Below are positions 1-9,225 of a stretch of 64,000 nt of DNA, piece after piece. Below the pieces are notes generated by a model that saw only the letters and a program-made list of their open reading frames with translations, made no database searches and had not been told where the DNA came from. Made by a program: the position numbers and the translations under genes. The stretch is taken from the NCBI GenBank assembly GCA_963809895.1, contig CAWELD010000003.1, positions 2,624,001 to 2,688,000 of the forward strand, read 5' to 3'. The stretch comes from an uncultured Gemmatimonadales bacterium. GTDB taxonomy: Bacteria; Gemmatimonadota; Gemmatimonadetes; Longimicrobiales; Gaopeijiaceae. Numbering within the stretch: position 1 is the first letter of the stretch; every line of letters begins with the position of its first letter.

Positions 1-877
1 CGTCGCCCAGCGACAGGCCGGCGCGGGTGGCCGAGAGCGAGTTGCAGCCGTGGGCGATGTTGGCGAAGGGTCCGCCGTGCACGAAGGCCGGCGTGCCGCC
101 CAGTGTCTGCACCAGGTTGGGATTGACCGCGTCCTTGAGCAGCACGGTCATGGCGCCGGTGGCCTCGAGGCCCTTGGCCCGCACGGCCTCACCGTCCTTG
201 GAGTAGCCCACGATGATGCGCTCCAGCCGGGCGTTCAGGTCGTCGAGGCCGTCGGCCAGGCAGAAGATCGCCATGATCTCCGAGGCCGCCGTGATGACGA
301 AGTTGTCTTGCCGGGGCACGCCGCCGGTGCGACCTCCCAGCCCCACCACCACGGAGCGGAGCGCCCGGTCGTTCATGTCCACGGCCCGGGGCCAGGTGAT
401 CTGGGTGGGATCCAGATTCAGCGAGTTGGGCCGGTACATGTGGTTGTCCAGCATGGCCGACAGCAGCGCGTGGGCCGAGGTGATGGCATGGAGATCCCCC
501 GTGAAATGCAGGTTGATCTCCTCCATGGGCACGACCTGTGACCAGCCGCCCCCGGCGGCGCCGCCCTTGATGCCGAAGACCGGGCCCAGCGACGGCTCCC
601 GCAGGCACAGCACGGGATTGCGCTCCCGCAGCGTCATGGCGTCGGCCAGCCCCACGGCCACCGTGGACTTGCCCTCGCCGGCGGCGGTGGGATTGACGCC
701 TGTGACCAGAACCAGCCGGCCACGCTTGCCCCCCTTCTCCTGCGCCACATCCAGGGGCACCTTGGCCTTGTAGTGGCCGAAGGGCACGATGTCCGCGGCG
801 TCGAGGCCGACGCGCGCGGCGATCTCCTGGATGGGCTTCAGGGTCGCCCCCTGGGCAATCTCGATATCACTCTTCAT
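1..877 (-). CDS. fhs: Formate--tetrahydrofolate ligase (partial, runs off window start)
   Basis: Own translation from ATG 877: [20 protein letters not shown]...[26 protein letters not shown]...[45 protein letters not shown], the classic Fhs signatures. Not in the ORF track because there is no stop inside the window. Confidence 0.96.
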   Translation of the reverse strand, partial: MKSDIEIAQGATLKPIQEIAARVGLDAADIVPFGHYKAKVPLDVAQEKGGKRGRLVLVTGVNPTAAGEGKSTVAVGLADAMTLRERNPVLCLREPSLGPVFGIKGGAAGGGWSQVVPMEEINLHFTGDLHAITSAHALLSAMLDNHMYRPNSLNLDPTQITWPRAVDMNDRALRSVVVGLGGRTGGVPRQDNFVITAASEIMAIFCLADGLDDLNARLERIIVGYSKDGEAVRAKGLEATGAMTVLLKDAVNPNLVQTLGGTPAFVHGGPFANIAHGCNSLSATRAGLSLGD

Positions 878-918
878 GCTGTGGTCCTTTGCGGTGTGGA
901 GACGGTCGCGCTGCGGGG

Positions 919-2145
919 TCAGCCCTCGTAGGCGGCCAACAGCTCCAGCACGTGATCGATGTCGTCTTCGGTGTGGTCGGCGTTGACCTGAGCCCGGATC
1001 TCCTCGTCGCCCCGTGGTACCACCGGGAAGGCCAGGCCCGTGACCAGCACGCCGTTCTCGAACAGATACCGCACCATGTCGCGGGTGCGGCGGGTGTCGC
1101 GGATCATGAGGGGCACCACCGGGTGCTCGCCGGGGATGGTCTCGATCCCCACGCGTCCCAGTCCCTCTTCGAACCGCTTGGTCAGCCCCCGCAGGCGCTC
1201 CAGCAGCGCCACGCCCTCGGGGGAATCCACGATCTCCACGCTCCGCATCGCCGCCCGGGCCTCGCCGGGCGTGATGGGGTTGGAGTAGATGTACATGGGC
1301 GACGATTCCCGGAGGAAGCGCACCACCGAGGGGTTGGAGGCCACGTAGCCGCCGTTCACGCCGAAGGCCTTGCCCAGCGTGCCCACCAGCAGGTCGACGC
1401 CCTCGGCCCCGGTGTATTCTTCGGTGCCCCGCCCGGTGCGGCCGAACGCCCCCACCCCGTGGGAGTCGTCCACCACCAGCACCACGCCCTCGGCGTACTG
1501 GGCGTCGTAGCGGCGGCACAGCGCGGCGATCTCGTCCAGCGGCGCGTGGTCGCCCCGCATGGAGAAGATGCCGTCGGTGACCACCACCGCACGCTCGGCC
1601 TCGCCGGCGTGGCGGTCCAGCGCCCGTTCCAGCGCGTCCATGTCCAGGTGGGGATAGACCTCCTTGTCCATGGGGCGCGCCAGGCGCATGGCGTTGATGA
1701 TGCAGTTGTGGTTCAGCTCGTCGCTGATGAGCACCGTGCCCGACGTCACCAGCGGCACGATGGTGGAGACCACCGTGGCGTAGGCGGACGAGAAGACCAT
1801 GGCCGCCTCGCGCCCGTGAAAGTCGGCCAGGCGGGCTTCCAGCTCGGTGTGCACGTCGTAGGTGCCGCTGATGAAGCGCACCGCGCCGGGACCGGCCCCG
1901 TAGGCCCGGGTGCCCTCTTCTTCGGCCTCCATGACCTCGGGCCGAAGCCCCATCCCCAGATACGAGTTGGAGTTCATGCGGATGAACTCGCGATCTCCCT
2001 GCCCTTCGAGCAGGAAGCGCGGGCCGCGGCTTCCGTGGGCCGGGACAACGCGGGTGACGACGGCTTCCACGCCCTTGGCGGTCCCGGCCTCTTCCAGACC
2101 GGCGACGTGGGCATCGAGCACCGGGCTCAAGCGATTCAGCGGCAT
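919..2145 (-). CDS. kbl: Glycine C-acetyltransferase (2-amino-3-ketobutyrate CoA ligase), PLP class II
   Basis: Motifs [51 protein letters not shown]; adjacent to threonine dehydrogenase. Confidence 0.9.
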   Translation of the reverse strand: MPLNRLSPVLDAHVAGLEEAGTAKGVEAVVTRVVPAHGSRGPRFLLEGQGDREFIRMNSNSYLGMGLRPEVMEAEEEGTRAYGAGPGAVRFISGTYDVHTELEARLADFHGREAAMVFSSAYATVVSTIVPLVTSGTVLISDELNHNCIINAMRLARPMDKEVYPHLDMDALERALDRHAGEAERAVVVTDGIFSMRGDHAPLDEIAALCRRYDAQYAEGVVLVVDDSHGVGAFGRTGRGTEEYTGAEGVDLLVGTLGKAFGVNGGYVASNPSVVRFLRESSPMYIYSNPITPGEARAAMRSVEIVDSPEGVALLERLRGLTKRFEEGLGRVGIETIPGEHPVVPLMIRDTRRTRDMVRYLFENGVLVTGLAFPVVPRGDEEIRAQVNADHTEDDIDHVLELLAAYEG

Positions 2146-2203
2146 GACTTCACGCTCCTTCAGATGATCGTGTTCGGGTCGGGGACGGATGCGCTCGGGG
2201 TGC

Positions 2204-3160
2204 TCAATCGGCGGCCTCGAGCTTCACGCGCAGGTTGGTGAGCATGTCCTCGGTCATTCGCTCCACGTCGTACTCCGGCGCCCAGCCCCATTCCTCGCGG
2301 GCGCAGCTGTCGTCGATGCGCCGGGGCCAGGACGCGGCGATGGCCTGGCGCACGGGATCCACGTCGTACTCGATCTCGAAGCCCGGCACGTGGCGGACGA
2401 TGACCTCGGCGAGGCCCGCGGGCGCGAGCTGCATGGCCGTGATGTTGAAGGCGTTGCGGTGCACCAGGCGCTCGGGATCCGCCTCCATGACCTCCATGGC
2501 GGCCCGCAGCGCGTCGGGCATGTACATCATGTCGAGCTGGGCATCGGCGGCCAGGAAGCAGGTGTAGCGCCCCTCGCGCACGGCGTGGTAGTAGATGTCC
2601 ACCGCCCAGTCGGTGGTGCCACCACCGGGAGGGGCACCGTGGCTGATGATGCCCGGGTAGCGCACCCCGCGCACGTCGACCCCGTAGCGGGTGTGGTAGT
2701 AGTCGCACAGCAGCTCCCCGGCCACCTTCGTCACGCCGTACATGCTGGTGGGGCGCTGGATGGTGTCCTGGGGCGTGGGATCCGGCGGGGTGCTCGGCCC
2801 GAAGGCGGCGATGGAGCTCGGCACGAACACACTGCAGCCCTGATCCCGGGCCACCTCGAGCACCGCGTGCAACCCGCCCATGTTCACCTGGTAGGCCAGG
2901 CGCGGATCCCTCTCGCCCACCGCCGACAGGATGGCGGCCAGGTGGTAGATGGTGTCGGCGTGGAAGCGAACGGCCGCGGCGCCCACGCCCTGGGGATCGG
3001 TGGCATCGAGGAGCTGGAACGGACCGGCCTCCAGGAGCTCGGGGCCGGGGTTTCGGATATCGGTGGCCAGGACCTTGTCGGTGCCGTAGCGCGCCCGGAG
3101 CGCCGGGACGAGCTCGGAGCCGATCTGACCGCCGGCTCCCGTCACCAGGATTCGTCTCAC
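2204..3160 (-). CDS. tdh: L-threonine 3-dehydrogenase, SDR/NAD-epimerase type
   Basis: GTG start at 3160; ILVTGAGGQIG Rossmann motif, YGVTK catalytic motif, PGGGTTDW and IAASWP typical of SDR-type TDH; operon with kbl. Confidence 0.88.
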   Translation of the reverse strand: MRRILVTGAGGQIGSELVPALRARYGTDKVLATDIRNPGPELLEAGPFQLLDATDPQGVGAAAVRFHADTIYHLAAILSAVGERDPRLAYQVNMGGLHAVLEVARDQGCSVFVPSSIAAFGPSTPPDPTPQDTIQRPTSMYGVTKVAGELLCDYYHTRYGVDVRGVRYPGIISHGAPPGGGTTDWAVDIYYHAVREGRYTCFLAADAQLDMMYMPDALRAAMEVMEADPERLVHRNAFNITAMQLAPAGLAEVIVRHVPGFEIEYDVDPVRQAIAASWPRRIDDSCAREEWGWAPEYDVERMTEDMLTNLRVKLEAAD

Positions 3161-3316
3161 CTGAGGTCGCCTCCGTGCGCAGGCCTGCGGCGCGCGGCGG
3201 CGGGGCCGCCCCGCTCCAGTCGTCGGCCTGCGAGGACGTGATGGGGGGTCGCGGATATCGCCGCACCGCATCGCACCAGGCGAGCGGGCGGCGAGCCTGC
3301 GGAATATAGAAGAGTC

Positions 3317-3344
3317 GCGCCGCCGAGGCACGGTGCGGCGGGGC
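3317..3344 (+). repeat. 28-bp direct repeat, left copy (GCGCCGCCGAGGCACGGTGCGGCGGGGC)
   Basis: Identical 28-mer at 12304-12331; the pair flanks the beta-propeller cluster. Confidence 0.92.
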
Positions 3345-3435
3345 TCGTACACCTGGGATTGCGGCTTGACAGATCATCCGCAATCGCACAATCGTGGCTT
3401 TTCAGCCTCTCGCCTGTGGACGCCGCGACTGACCC

Positions 3436-5298
3436 GTGAGTGCCCATCGTTCTCCCAAGGCCAAGGACCTCACCAGGCTCGCCGTCGCCTTGCTGGCGCT
3501 CCTGCCGGCCGCTGGCGCCCCTCTATCCGCCCAGCGCATTCACGGGGTGGTGCTGGACTCCATCACGGGTGCACCCGTCCAGCAGGCGGCGGTAGCGTAC
3601 GAGGGCGCAGTCGGCATGGTGAGCGTCACCACCGATGCAGAGGGCCGTTTCGAGCTGACGCTGGATGGTGAGCCGCCCTGGACGCTCGAGGTCCAGGGGC
3701 TGGGCTATCAGTCGCGCACGGTGTCCGTGGGGCCGGAGACCGTCTCGCGAGAAGTCCCCATCCTCCTGAGCGGCGCACCGCTGGAGCTCGAGGGTGTGGA
3801 GGCCGGAGCGGCGCGGGAAGAGCCGAATTTCAAGTTCCGCGGACTATGGGTGACGAACCGCGGGTTGGTATGGGCGGGCCACGGTCGGGAGCGCTGCGCA
3901 TTCGTGATGATCGACAGCGTCGTGGTCAAGGATTACCATCTTCTCGACCGCGATTTGATTCGCAGTTATGAACGCGCGAACCTCTGGGCCGGGCCACCGT
4001 CAGCATACGGCGCAGTCCAGGTGCTCGACGACCGGAAGTACATCGCGGATCCGCGCCTGCGCCACGATGCCTGGCCTTGTGGCGTGGTCAAGGTGCTGAG
4101 ACACCGATTCTGGGACCGGCTCCGCGCTCTGCCCGACCCCGCCATCCCCGAGGGGCAGCCGGTCGCTCTCGTGGAGGAGTCGACCGTCTCGCTGCCTCCA
4201 CTGCCGTGGTGTCCAGAAGCGGTAGCGGTGTCCAGCCAGGGCGAGGTGGCAGCGGTGTCGGGCGACGAGTCCCAGGTCGAGGTGCTGGGCCCGGACGGGC
4301 ACCCGCGCCGTTCCGTTGCTTCGAGTCGACGGCCCGACGCCGCAGCCTGTAGTCTCCGCGTAGGGTGGCGGAGCGACACGCTCTGGGTGTCCGACGCGTC
4401 GCGGACGCGACTGAGCCTCGTGCCGCCGACCGGCCCGCCGGTAGTGCGGGAGGCCATGGGCGCGCCGGCGGACCCGCCGTGGGTCGTGCCCGATCGGCCG
4501 CTGCCGTCCTCGCCCCTGGCCATGGACCTTCCGGTGCCGGTTCCCCTGGCGGGTGGGCGGTGGCTGTGGACGTATCCGGCGCCGGATCCGCCGACGCCGC
4601 CGATTCCGCCGGAGGACCCCCCGGGGCGGATCCTCATGGTGCTGAACGACGAGTGGGCGTTGGACCACGTGCTGGAGGTCCTGCGTCCGGGCGCGGCACC
4701 GGTGGACGTGGTGCTGGGTCCGCAGCCGGTGCTCGGGACGCAGCCCTTCGGCGACGAACCGCTGTACCAGGTGTCGCCGGACGGGACGCACGTGACCATC
4801 GTGCAGCGTGAGCACCAGATGGCGGCCTGGATGACGGTCTACCGGGTGACCCGGATCGGCCTCGACGGAGACACGCTGTTCCACACGGAGCGGCGAGCGA
4901 TGATGGTGCGGATGACGGACGAGGCCTTCGACAGCACGGTGGCGGAGCTGGCGCGACGTCCGGGAGCGGTCGCCGCCTTTCCGGGCCCGGCAGAGGGTCG
5001 GGAGACGCTCCTGCAAGAGATGGTATACCGGCCGCCGTTCCACCCGGCGATCACGGCGCTCATGGTGGGCTACGACGGCACGACCTGGCTGCGGTGGCCG
5101 GACGCACGCACGGGACGTGTGCGCTGGGAGGTGCTGGACGAGCACGGTGAGGCCCTGCGCACGTTCGAGGCCGACCGGCGGCTGAAGCTGATCGCGGCCG
5201 ACGGGGACCAGGTCTGGGGCCGGCTGCCGGACGAGGACCGCGACGGCGGGGGCGTGCGATTGGTGCGCTTCCGCGTCGAGCCGGCTGAGGGGGGCTGA
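3436..5298 (+). CDS. Secreted protein: carboxypeptidase-regulatory-like N domain + plug-like Cys-pair domain + 6-bladed beta-propeller (copy 1)
   Basis: Signal peptide (...PLSAQ), GVVLDSITGAPV..TTDAEGRFEL..LGYQ N domain, GWRSDTLWVSD and C-terminal VRLVRFRVE strand; near-duplicate at 9226-11073. Confidence 0.75.
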   Translation: MSAHRSPKAKDLTRLAVALLALLPAAGAPLSAQRIHGVVLDSITGAPVQQAAVAYEGAVGMVSVTTDAEGRFELTLDGEPPWTLEVQGLGYQSRTVSVGPETVSREVPILLSGAPLELEGVEAGAAREEPNFKFRGLWVTNRGLVWAGHGRERCAFVMIDSVVVKDYHLLDRDLIRSYERANLWAGPPSAYGAVQVLDDRKYIADPRLRHDAWPCGVVKVLRHRFWDRLRALPDPAIPEGQPVALVEESTVSLPPLPWCPEAVAVSSQGEVAAVSGDESQVEVLGPDGHPRRSVASSRRPDAAACSLRVGWRSDTLWVSDASRTRLSLVPPTGPPVVREAMGAPADPPWVVPDRPLPSSPLAMDLPVPVPLAGGRWLWTYPAPDPPTPPIPPEDPPGRILMVLNDEWALDHVLEVLRPGAAPVDVVLGPQPVLGTQPFGDEPLYQVSPDGTHVTIVQREHQMAAWMTVYRVTRIGLDGDTLFHTERRAMMVRMTDEAFDSTVAELARRPGAVAAFPGPAEGRETLLQEMVYRPPFHPAITALMVGYDGTTWLRWPDARTGRVRWEVLDEHGEALRTFEADRRLKLIAADGDQVWGRLPDEDRDGGGVRLVRFRVEPAEGG

Positions 5299-5373
5299 GG
5301 AGTCTGCGGTGGCGGTCGCATCGGAGGAGCGCCGCCAACGTTCCACTCATGCGCGAGCTGACAAGGAGTGGAC

Positions 5374-5461
5374 GAGTTGGCACCGTCAGGGTGCCAACTC
5401 AGGACAAGTGTAAGTGGTGCCCAGCACGTATGGGCGACTTCGGCACCTTCTGGGTGCCGAA
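5374..5461. promoter_or_regulatory. Two palindromes sharing the core GGCACC-N5-GGTGCC (operator-like or RNA hairpins)
   Basis: GAGTTGGCACC-gtcag-GGTGCCAACTC (5374-5400) and TTCGGCACC-ttctg-GGTGCCGAA (5439-5461), upstream of the ECF sigma gene. Confidence 0.55.
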
Positions 5462-5822
5462 TTGACCAAACGTCAAGAAATCGCCGCCGATTGGCATATT
5501 CGGGTACACTGCGCGCGCCGCGCTCCGATTCCCGGCTTTCTGGCACACGCCACTCTTGACAGGAGGTCCGCAGTGGCGTATTCGTAGCTTTCCAGTCCCC
5601 GCTGAGTACGCTCCTTAGGAGTGGGGAGGGCTGTGTGCACTGGGCGTATCTGGCAGACCGTTGTGCGGGGGTGCCCTCAAGGTCCGCTCGATCGATCGGA
5701 CGGTGTAACCGGCAAGCCATATCGGCCACCACCCTGTGGGACGGACCTACCGGGCGCGGATGTTCTTGCGGGGTCGTGGATGGCTCTGGCGGCCACAACG
5801 GCAAGCGCGGGGGGGGGGCGCC

Positions 5823-6353
5823 ATGAAGGCCCACCCCACATTCTCCGACGTGGCCCTGGCGTGGCGCAAACAGCACTGTCGGCTCACCGCGATCGCCCGA
5901 AGCATGCTCGGAGACGCCGACGATGCGTCCGACGCGGTGTCTGATGTCTTCGCGCGCGTTCTGGACCGGTGTCCCGACCTTGGACGGTCTACCGATCTCG
6001 AGTCCTACCTGGAACGCGCGGTTCGAAACCGATGCCGCGATGAGGTTCGCAATCGGCGAAACCGGCTGCGACTCCAGCGCGACGTCGCCAGCCACCGCAT
6101 GACCTGGCGCTCTCGAGGTCCAACGCCGGCGGAGCGCCTCTCCGCTGCGGAGTTGGCCGCCAGGATTGACGCGGCCCTCGACGGCCTGCCACCGCGACCG
6201 CGGGAAGCATACCTCCTGAGCAGGCATCAGGGCCTCTCAACAGAGAAGGGAGCGACGGCGATGGGCGTCGCGTCAAAGACCTTCGAGAATCACTTGGGCA
6301 GAGCACTACGCGAGATGAGGGTCGCGTTGCGTCAGTACGACGAGGTGAGTTGA
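5823..6353 (+). CDS. ECF RNA polymerase sigma factor
   Basis: Region 2 GDADDASDAVSDVF..YLERAVRNRC and region 4 LDGLPPRPREAYLLSRHQGLS..MGVASKTFENHLGRAL. Confidence 0.9.
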   Translation: MKAHPTFSDVALAWRKQHCRLTAIARSMLGDADDASDAVSDVFARVLDRCPDLGRSTDLESYLERAVRNRCRDEVRNRRNRLRLQRDVASHRMTWRSRGPTPAERLSAAELAARIDAALDGLPPRPREAYLLSRHQGLSTEKGATAMGVASKTFENHLGRALREMRVALRQYDEVS

Positions 6354-6520
6354 GAGGGCGCTTGGGGGTTCGTGGGGCCTCGGGCGTCTTGATCTAATGA
6401 AGGGGTTGGCCACGCACCCGCCGAGGATCGGCTCAGGTTCGAGCATGTGTGGCGAGCGGTACCACAACGACCAACCGCGGTGGGTCCCCTTCAGAAGGCC
6501 CTCCTCGTCTCGGGTACCTG

Positions 6521-7531
6521 ATGGCAATGTTGACGAAGCCCCATGCTTCCCGTCGGTCTTGGCTGAAGAGCGGTCCTTCCATCTGGGTCGCTGTCGCATT
6601 GACGCTGCCATTTGGCAGCGCTTCCGCCCAGGCACCTGACCGACGACTCGAACTCGAGGAAGTCGGACGGGCATCGCTCCCGCCAGGCTTCACCGTCCTG
6701 AGCGGCCTTCTTATCGGGGCGGGCCACGCCATCGTTTGGGGCCCCTCTGGATTGCTCGACGTCACTGAGGGCAGGCAGCGCCGCGTCTTCGTGCTTGGCG
6801 AGCGCGTTCCGGTGCGGGGAGCGAGGGTGGGCCGAGAATCCGCAAGCTATGAGGTGATCGACTCAGCCGGCGACATCGTGGATGTCGCCGGCAGCGGCGA
6901 CACACGCATTACCGTGAGACTCCCGCTCGAAGGCGAGGTCGTACAGGCTGTCCCGCTGGGCGACGGCTGGCTGATCCACGAGAAGGTCGGGCACGACGTG
7001 ATGCCACGCCTCGTGGTGTGGCAACCGGGCACGGGTCTAAGGGCGCTGGCACCGCCGCATGGTGGGTGGAACCGGCAGCTCCGACTCGTACCCGGTGAGG
7101 GCTCAGCCTTCGTTCAGGACATGGACGACCCCTATGCAGTCTGGCGAGTCGAGCTGCGCGACCAGATTCCGGAGGTAGGTCTGGCCATGAATGGCGAGAC
7201 GATTCGCAGCATCCTCGCCTCAGAAGGTCTTGAGCCGGAGAACACCGTCGCGCTGCCTCTCGTGCCACTCGACGATGGATACCTCTACCAGTTGAGCCAC
7301 CTCGGCAGCGACGGACGAATGATGATCACACTAGACGAGACCTACGAGGTGCTTCGGAGCGCGATGGTGCCCGTGTCGATCGGGTTCATGGCAGCGGTGC
7401 CAGAACAAAACGCGCTCCTGGGCCTCGTCGACACAGGAACGCCAAAGGTGGTGTTCTATCGCTGGCGTTGGAGCGGAGGATCGGGGCAATCATCAACCTC
7501 AACGGAGGATCTACCAGGAGACTCATGCTGA
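6521..7531 (+). CDS. Secreted beta-propeller-like hypothetical protein
   Basis: Signal peptide ending SASAQ, beta-rich repeats, C-terminal PKVVFYRW strand like neighbouring propellers; start uncertain (6449/6521/6527). Confidence 0.55.
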   Translation: MAMLTKPHASRRSWLKSGPSIWVAVALTLPFGSASAQAPDRRLELEEVGRASLPPGFTVLSGLLIGAGHAIVWGPSGLLDVTEGRQRRVFVLGERVPVRGARVGRESASYEVIDSAGDIVDVAGSGDTRITVRLPLEGEVVQAVPLGDGWLIHEKVGHDVMPRLVVWQPGTGLRALAPPHGGWNRQLRLVPGEGSAFVQDMDDPYAVWRVELRDQIPEVGLAMNGETIRSILASEGLEPENTVALPLVPLDDGYLYQLSHLGSDGRMMITLDETYEVLRSAMVPVSIGFMAAVPEQNALLGLVDTGTPKVVFYRWRWSGGSGQSSTSTEDLPGDSC

Positions 7532-7968
7532 TGCTCGCCATCACACTCATGCTGGGGGCGCTGGCGGTGTCCCCTCGACCCGCGTCGGCTCAGAGCTGCT
7601 TCGGCTGCGACGACGAAAACTGGACCGAGGTCTCCTGTGTGGCACAGGGTTGGGAGGGCTTCGGGTACACCGAGTGCGAGGTTCATTATGACCCGCCCAA
7701 TTGCGCGTTCGGCACTCAAGTCTGCTGGGGCCCGGATCCCGAGGACCAACAGCTCGCGGCGCTCACCATCCGTGCCGACGGAACGTTCGTTCTGCCTGCG
7801 GAGGAGGCACCATCCCCATCGCTCGCGGATCTTGCGATGGAGCCATACGGGTTCTCGGAGACAGCCCACATCAACGAACGTACCTGCAAAGGACTCATCA
7901 CCGGCCGCGTGTATGGTGAGCTTGTGCGCCGGCAACTCAAGCAGCGCACTCAGACGCTGATCATCTGA
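7525..7968 (+). CDS. Small secreted Cys-rich protein (7 Cys)
   Basis: AGGAG RBS, ATG 7525 overlapping the end of the upstream gene; signal peptide ..PASAQ then SCFGC..C..C..C..C and C-terminal TCKGLITGRVY. Confidence 0.75.
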   Translation: MLMLAITLMLGALAVSPRPASAQSCFGCDDENWTEVSCVAQGWEGFGYTECEVHYDPPNCAFGTQVCWGPDPEDQQLAALTIRADGTFVLPAEEAPSPSLADLAMEPYGFSETAHINERTCKGLITGRVYGELVRRQLKQRTQTLII

Positions 7969-8064
7969 CGCCTGGCCGCCCGTCGCCCCGATCCTCGGCT
8001 CCGCGTCAGTCTTGGTCGAACCCCTCTGTCGAAGGCCGATGCCTGCTGACCCAAAGCGAGCCCG

Positions 8065-9222
8065 ATGAAATTGAACACTTTGACATCCGTTCGGTGTTGC
8101 CTCGTAATCATGGTTGGAGTCGGGGCACCCCAGTTGCTCCCGGCCCAGGTCTCCGACGCACATCTTCAACGCATTGTGGTCATTGATTCGCAATTCTCTG
8201 AGATCCCTTCGACTCTCGCGGCCGCTCCGGACGGCCGGGTCGCCGTAGCTGTGCCTTGGGAGCAAACTGTTGACGTCTTCTCGCCTGAGGGCGAGCTAGT
8301 CTTACGAGTGGGAGGAGGCGCCGGGAGCCCCGGTGAGTTCCAGAGGGTCTCCATGGTGGGATGGCTCGGCGACACGCTCTGGGTGGCAGACCGGGGCCTA
8401 TACCAGGTGACGTTCTTCCCTCCGCTGGGTGAAGCACACCGTGTGCATCGCGACCTTGCCGGTATCCTGCCGAAGATCCACATGAGGATTCCGATACCGA
8501 CTGCGGCTGGCGGCTGGATCTCGGTCCGGCGGTCGGCGGAGTCTCCCGGCAGCGACCGGTTCGTCGAGGAATGGGTGAGCGTCGATAGCGCGTGGGGAGC
8601 GGTCACGCCGATCATGATCCTCGCTCCGAGCCCAGCCCGCGTGGAGATCCGGCTGACGGACTCCACCGGTGTCAGCGCGTCAGGACAACCCTTTAGCTCG
8701 CAGACGCTCTTCGCTTTCGCACCCGACGGCCGTTCGGTCACGCTTCTCGACCGCGGGGGCGACACACCTGGCGAGGCACCGTCGTCGTATTCCCTGACCC
8801 GCACGAACCTCCGGGGCGACACCGTGTTCCGTACCGTGCGGCGCATTGAGCCGATGGAGGTCAGGAAGCCGACGGTGGACGCCGTAGTCGAGTACTACGT
8901 ATCCATGCCGAGCATCCAACGGAGCGGGCTGAACGCCCTGGCGATGCGGGACAAAGTGCACGAGGCGTTGTACCTTCCCGCCTATCACCCGCCGGCAACG
9001 GACGTGGTCCAGGGCGCCGATGGCTCCACCTGGGTGCGGCGCGAGGATAGGTGGGAGGCGACCGTGTTGTGGGATGTCTTTGATCGCGAGGGCCACCTCA
9101 GCGCGACACTGGAGTTGGACCGGCGCGTCCAGCACCTCGCTCCGTACTCCGGTGGCGTGTGGGCCGTGGTGCGGACGGACGAGGGTGTACGGGTGGTCCG
9201 GTATGCGGTGCGCCGCAACTGA
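8065..9222 (+). CDS. 6-bladed beta-propeller protein (secreted)
   Basis: Signal peptide; GGGAGSPGEFQ, GWLGDTLWVAD, PAYHPP..DGSTWV..WDVFDREG, VRVVRY motifs shared with paralogs. Confidence 0.75.
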   Translation: MKLNTLTSVRCCLVIMVGVGAPQLLPAQVSDAHLQRIVVIDSQFSEIPSTLAAAPDGRVAVAVPWEQTVDVFSPEGELVLRVGGGAGSPGEFQRVSMVGWLGDTLWVADRGLYQVTFFPPLGEAHRVHRDLAGILPKIHMRIPIPTAAGGWISVRRSAESPGSDRFVEEWVSVDSAWGAVTPIMILAPSPARVEIRLTDSTGVSASGQPFSSQTLFAFAPDGRSVTLLDRGGDTPGEAPSSYSLTRTNLRGDTVFRTVRRIEPMEVRKPTVDAVVEYYVSMPSIQRSGLNALAMRDKVHEALYLPAYHPPATDVVQGADGSTWVRREDRWEATVLWDVFDREGHLSATLELDRRVQHLAPYSGGVWAVVRTDEGVRVVRYAVRRN

Positions 9223-9225
9223 GCC

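Noticed and set aside
5377..5397. CIRCE element or sigma54 promoter (TTGGCAC...GTGCCAA)
   Set aside because: Arm spacing is 7 nt versus 13 for CIRCE, there is no chaperone gene nearby, and no TTGC at the -12 position.
5368..5559. Small ORF with repeated APSGC as a RiPP precursor
   Set aside because: The repeat is explained by the two DNA palindromes; there is no leader/core pattern and no modifying enzyme nearby.
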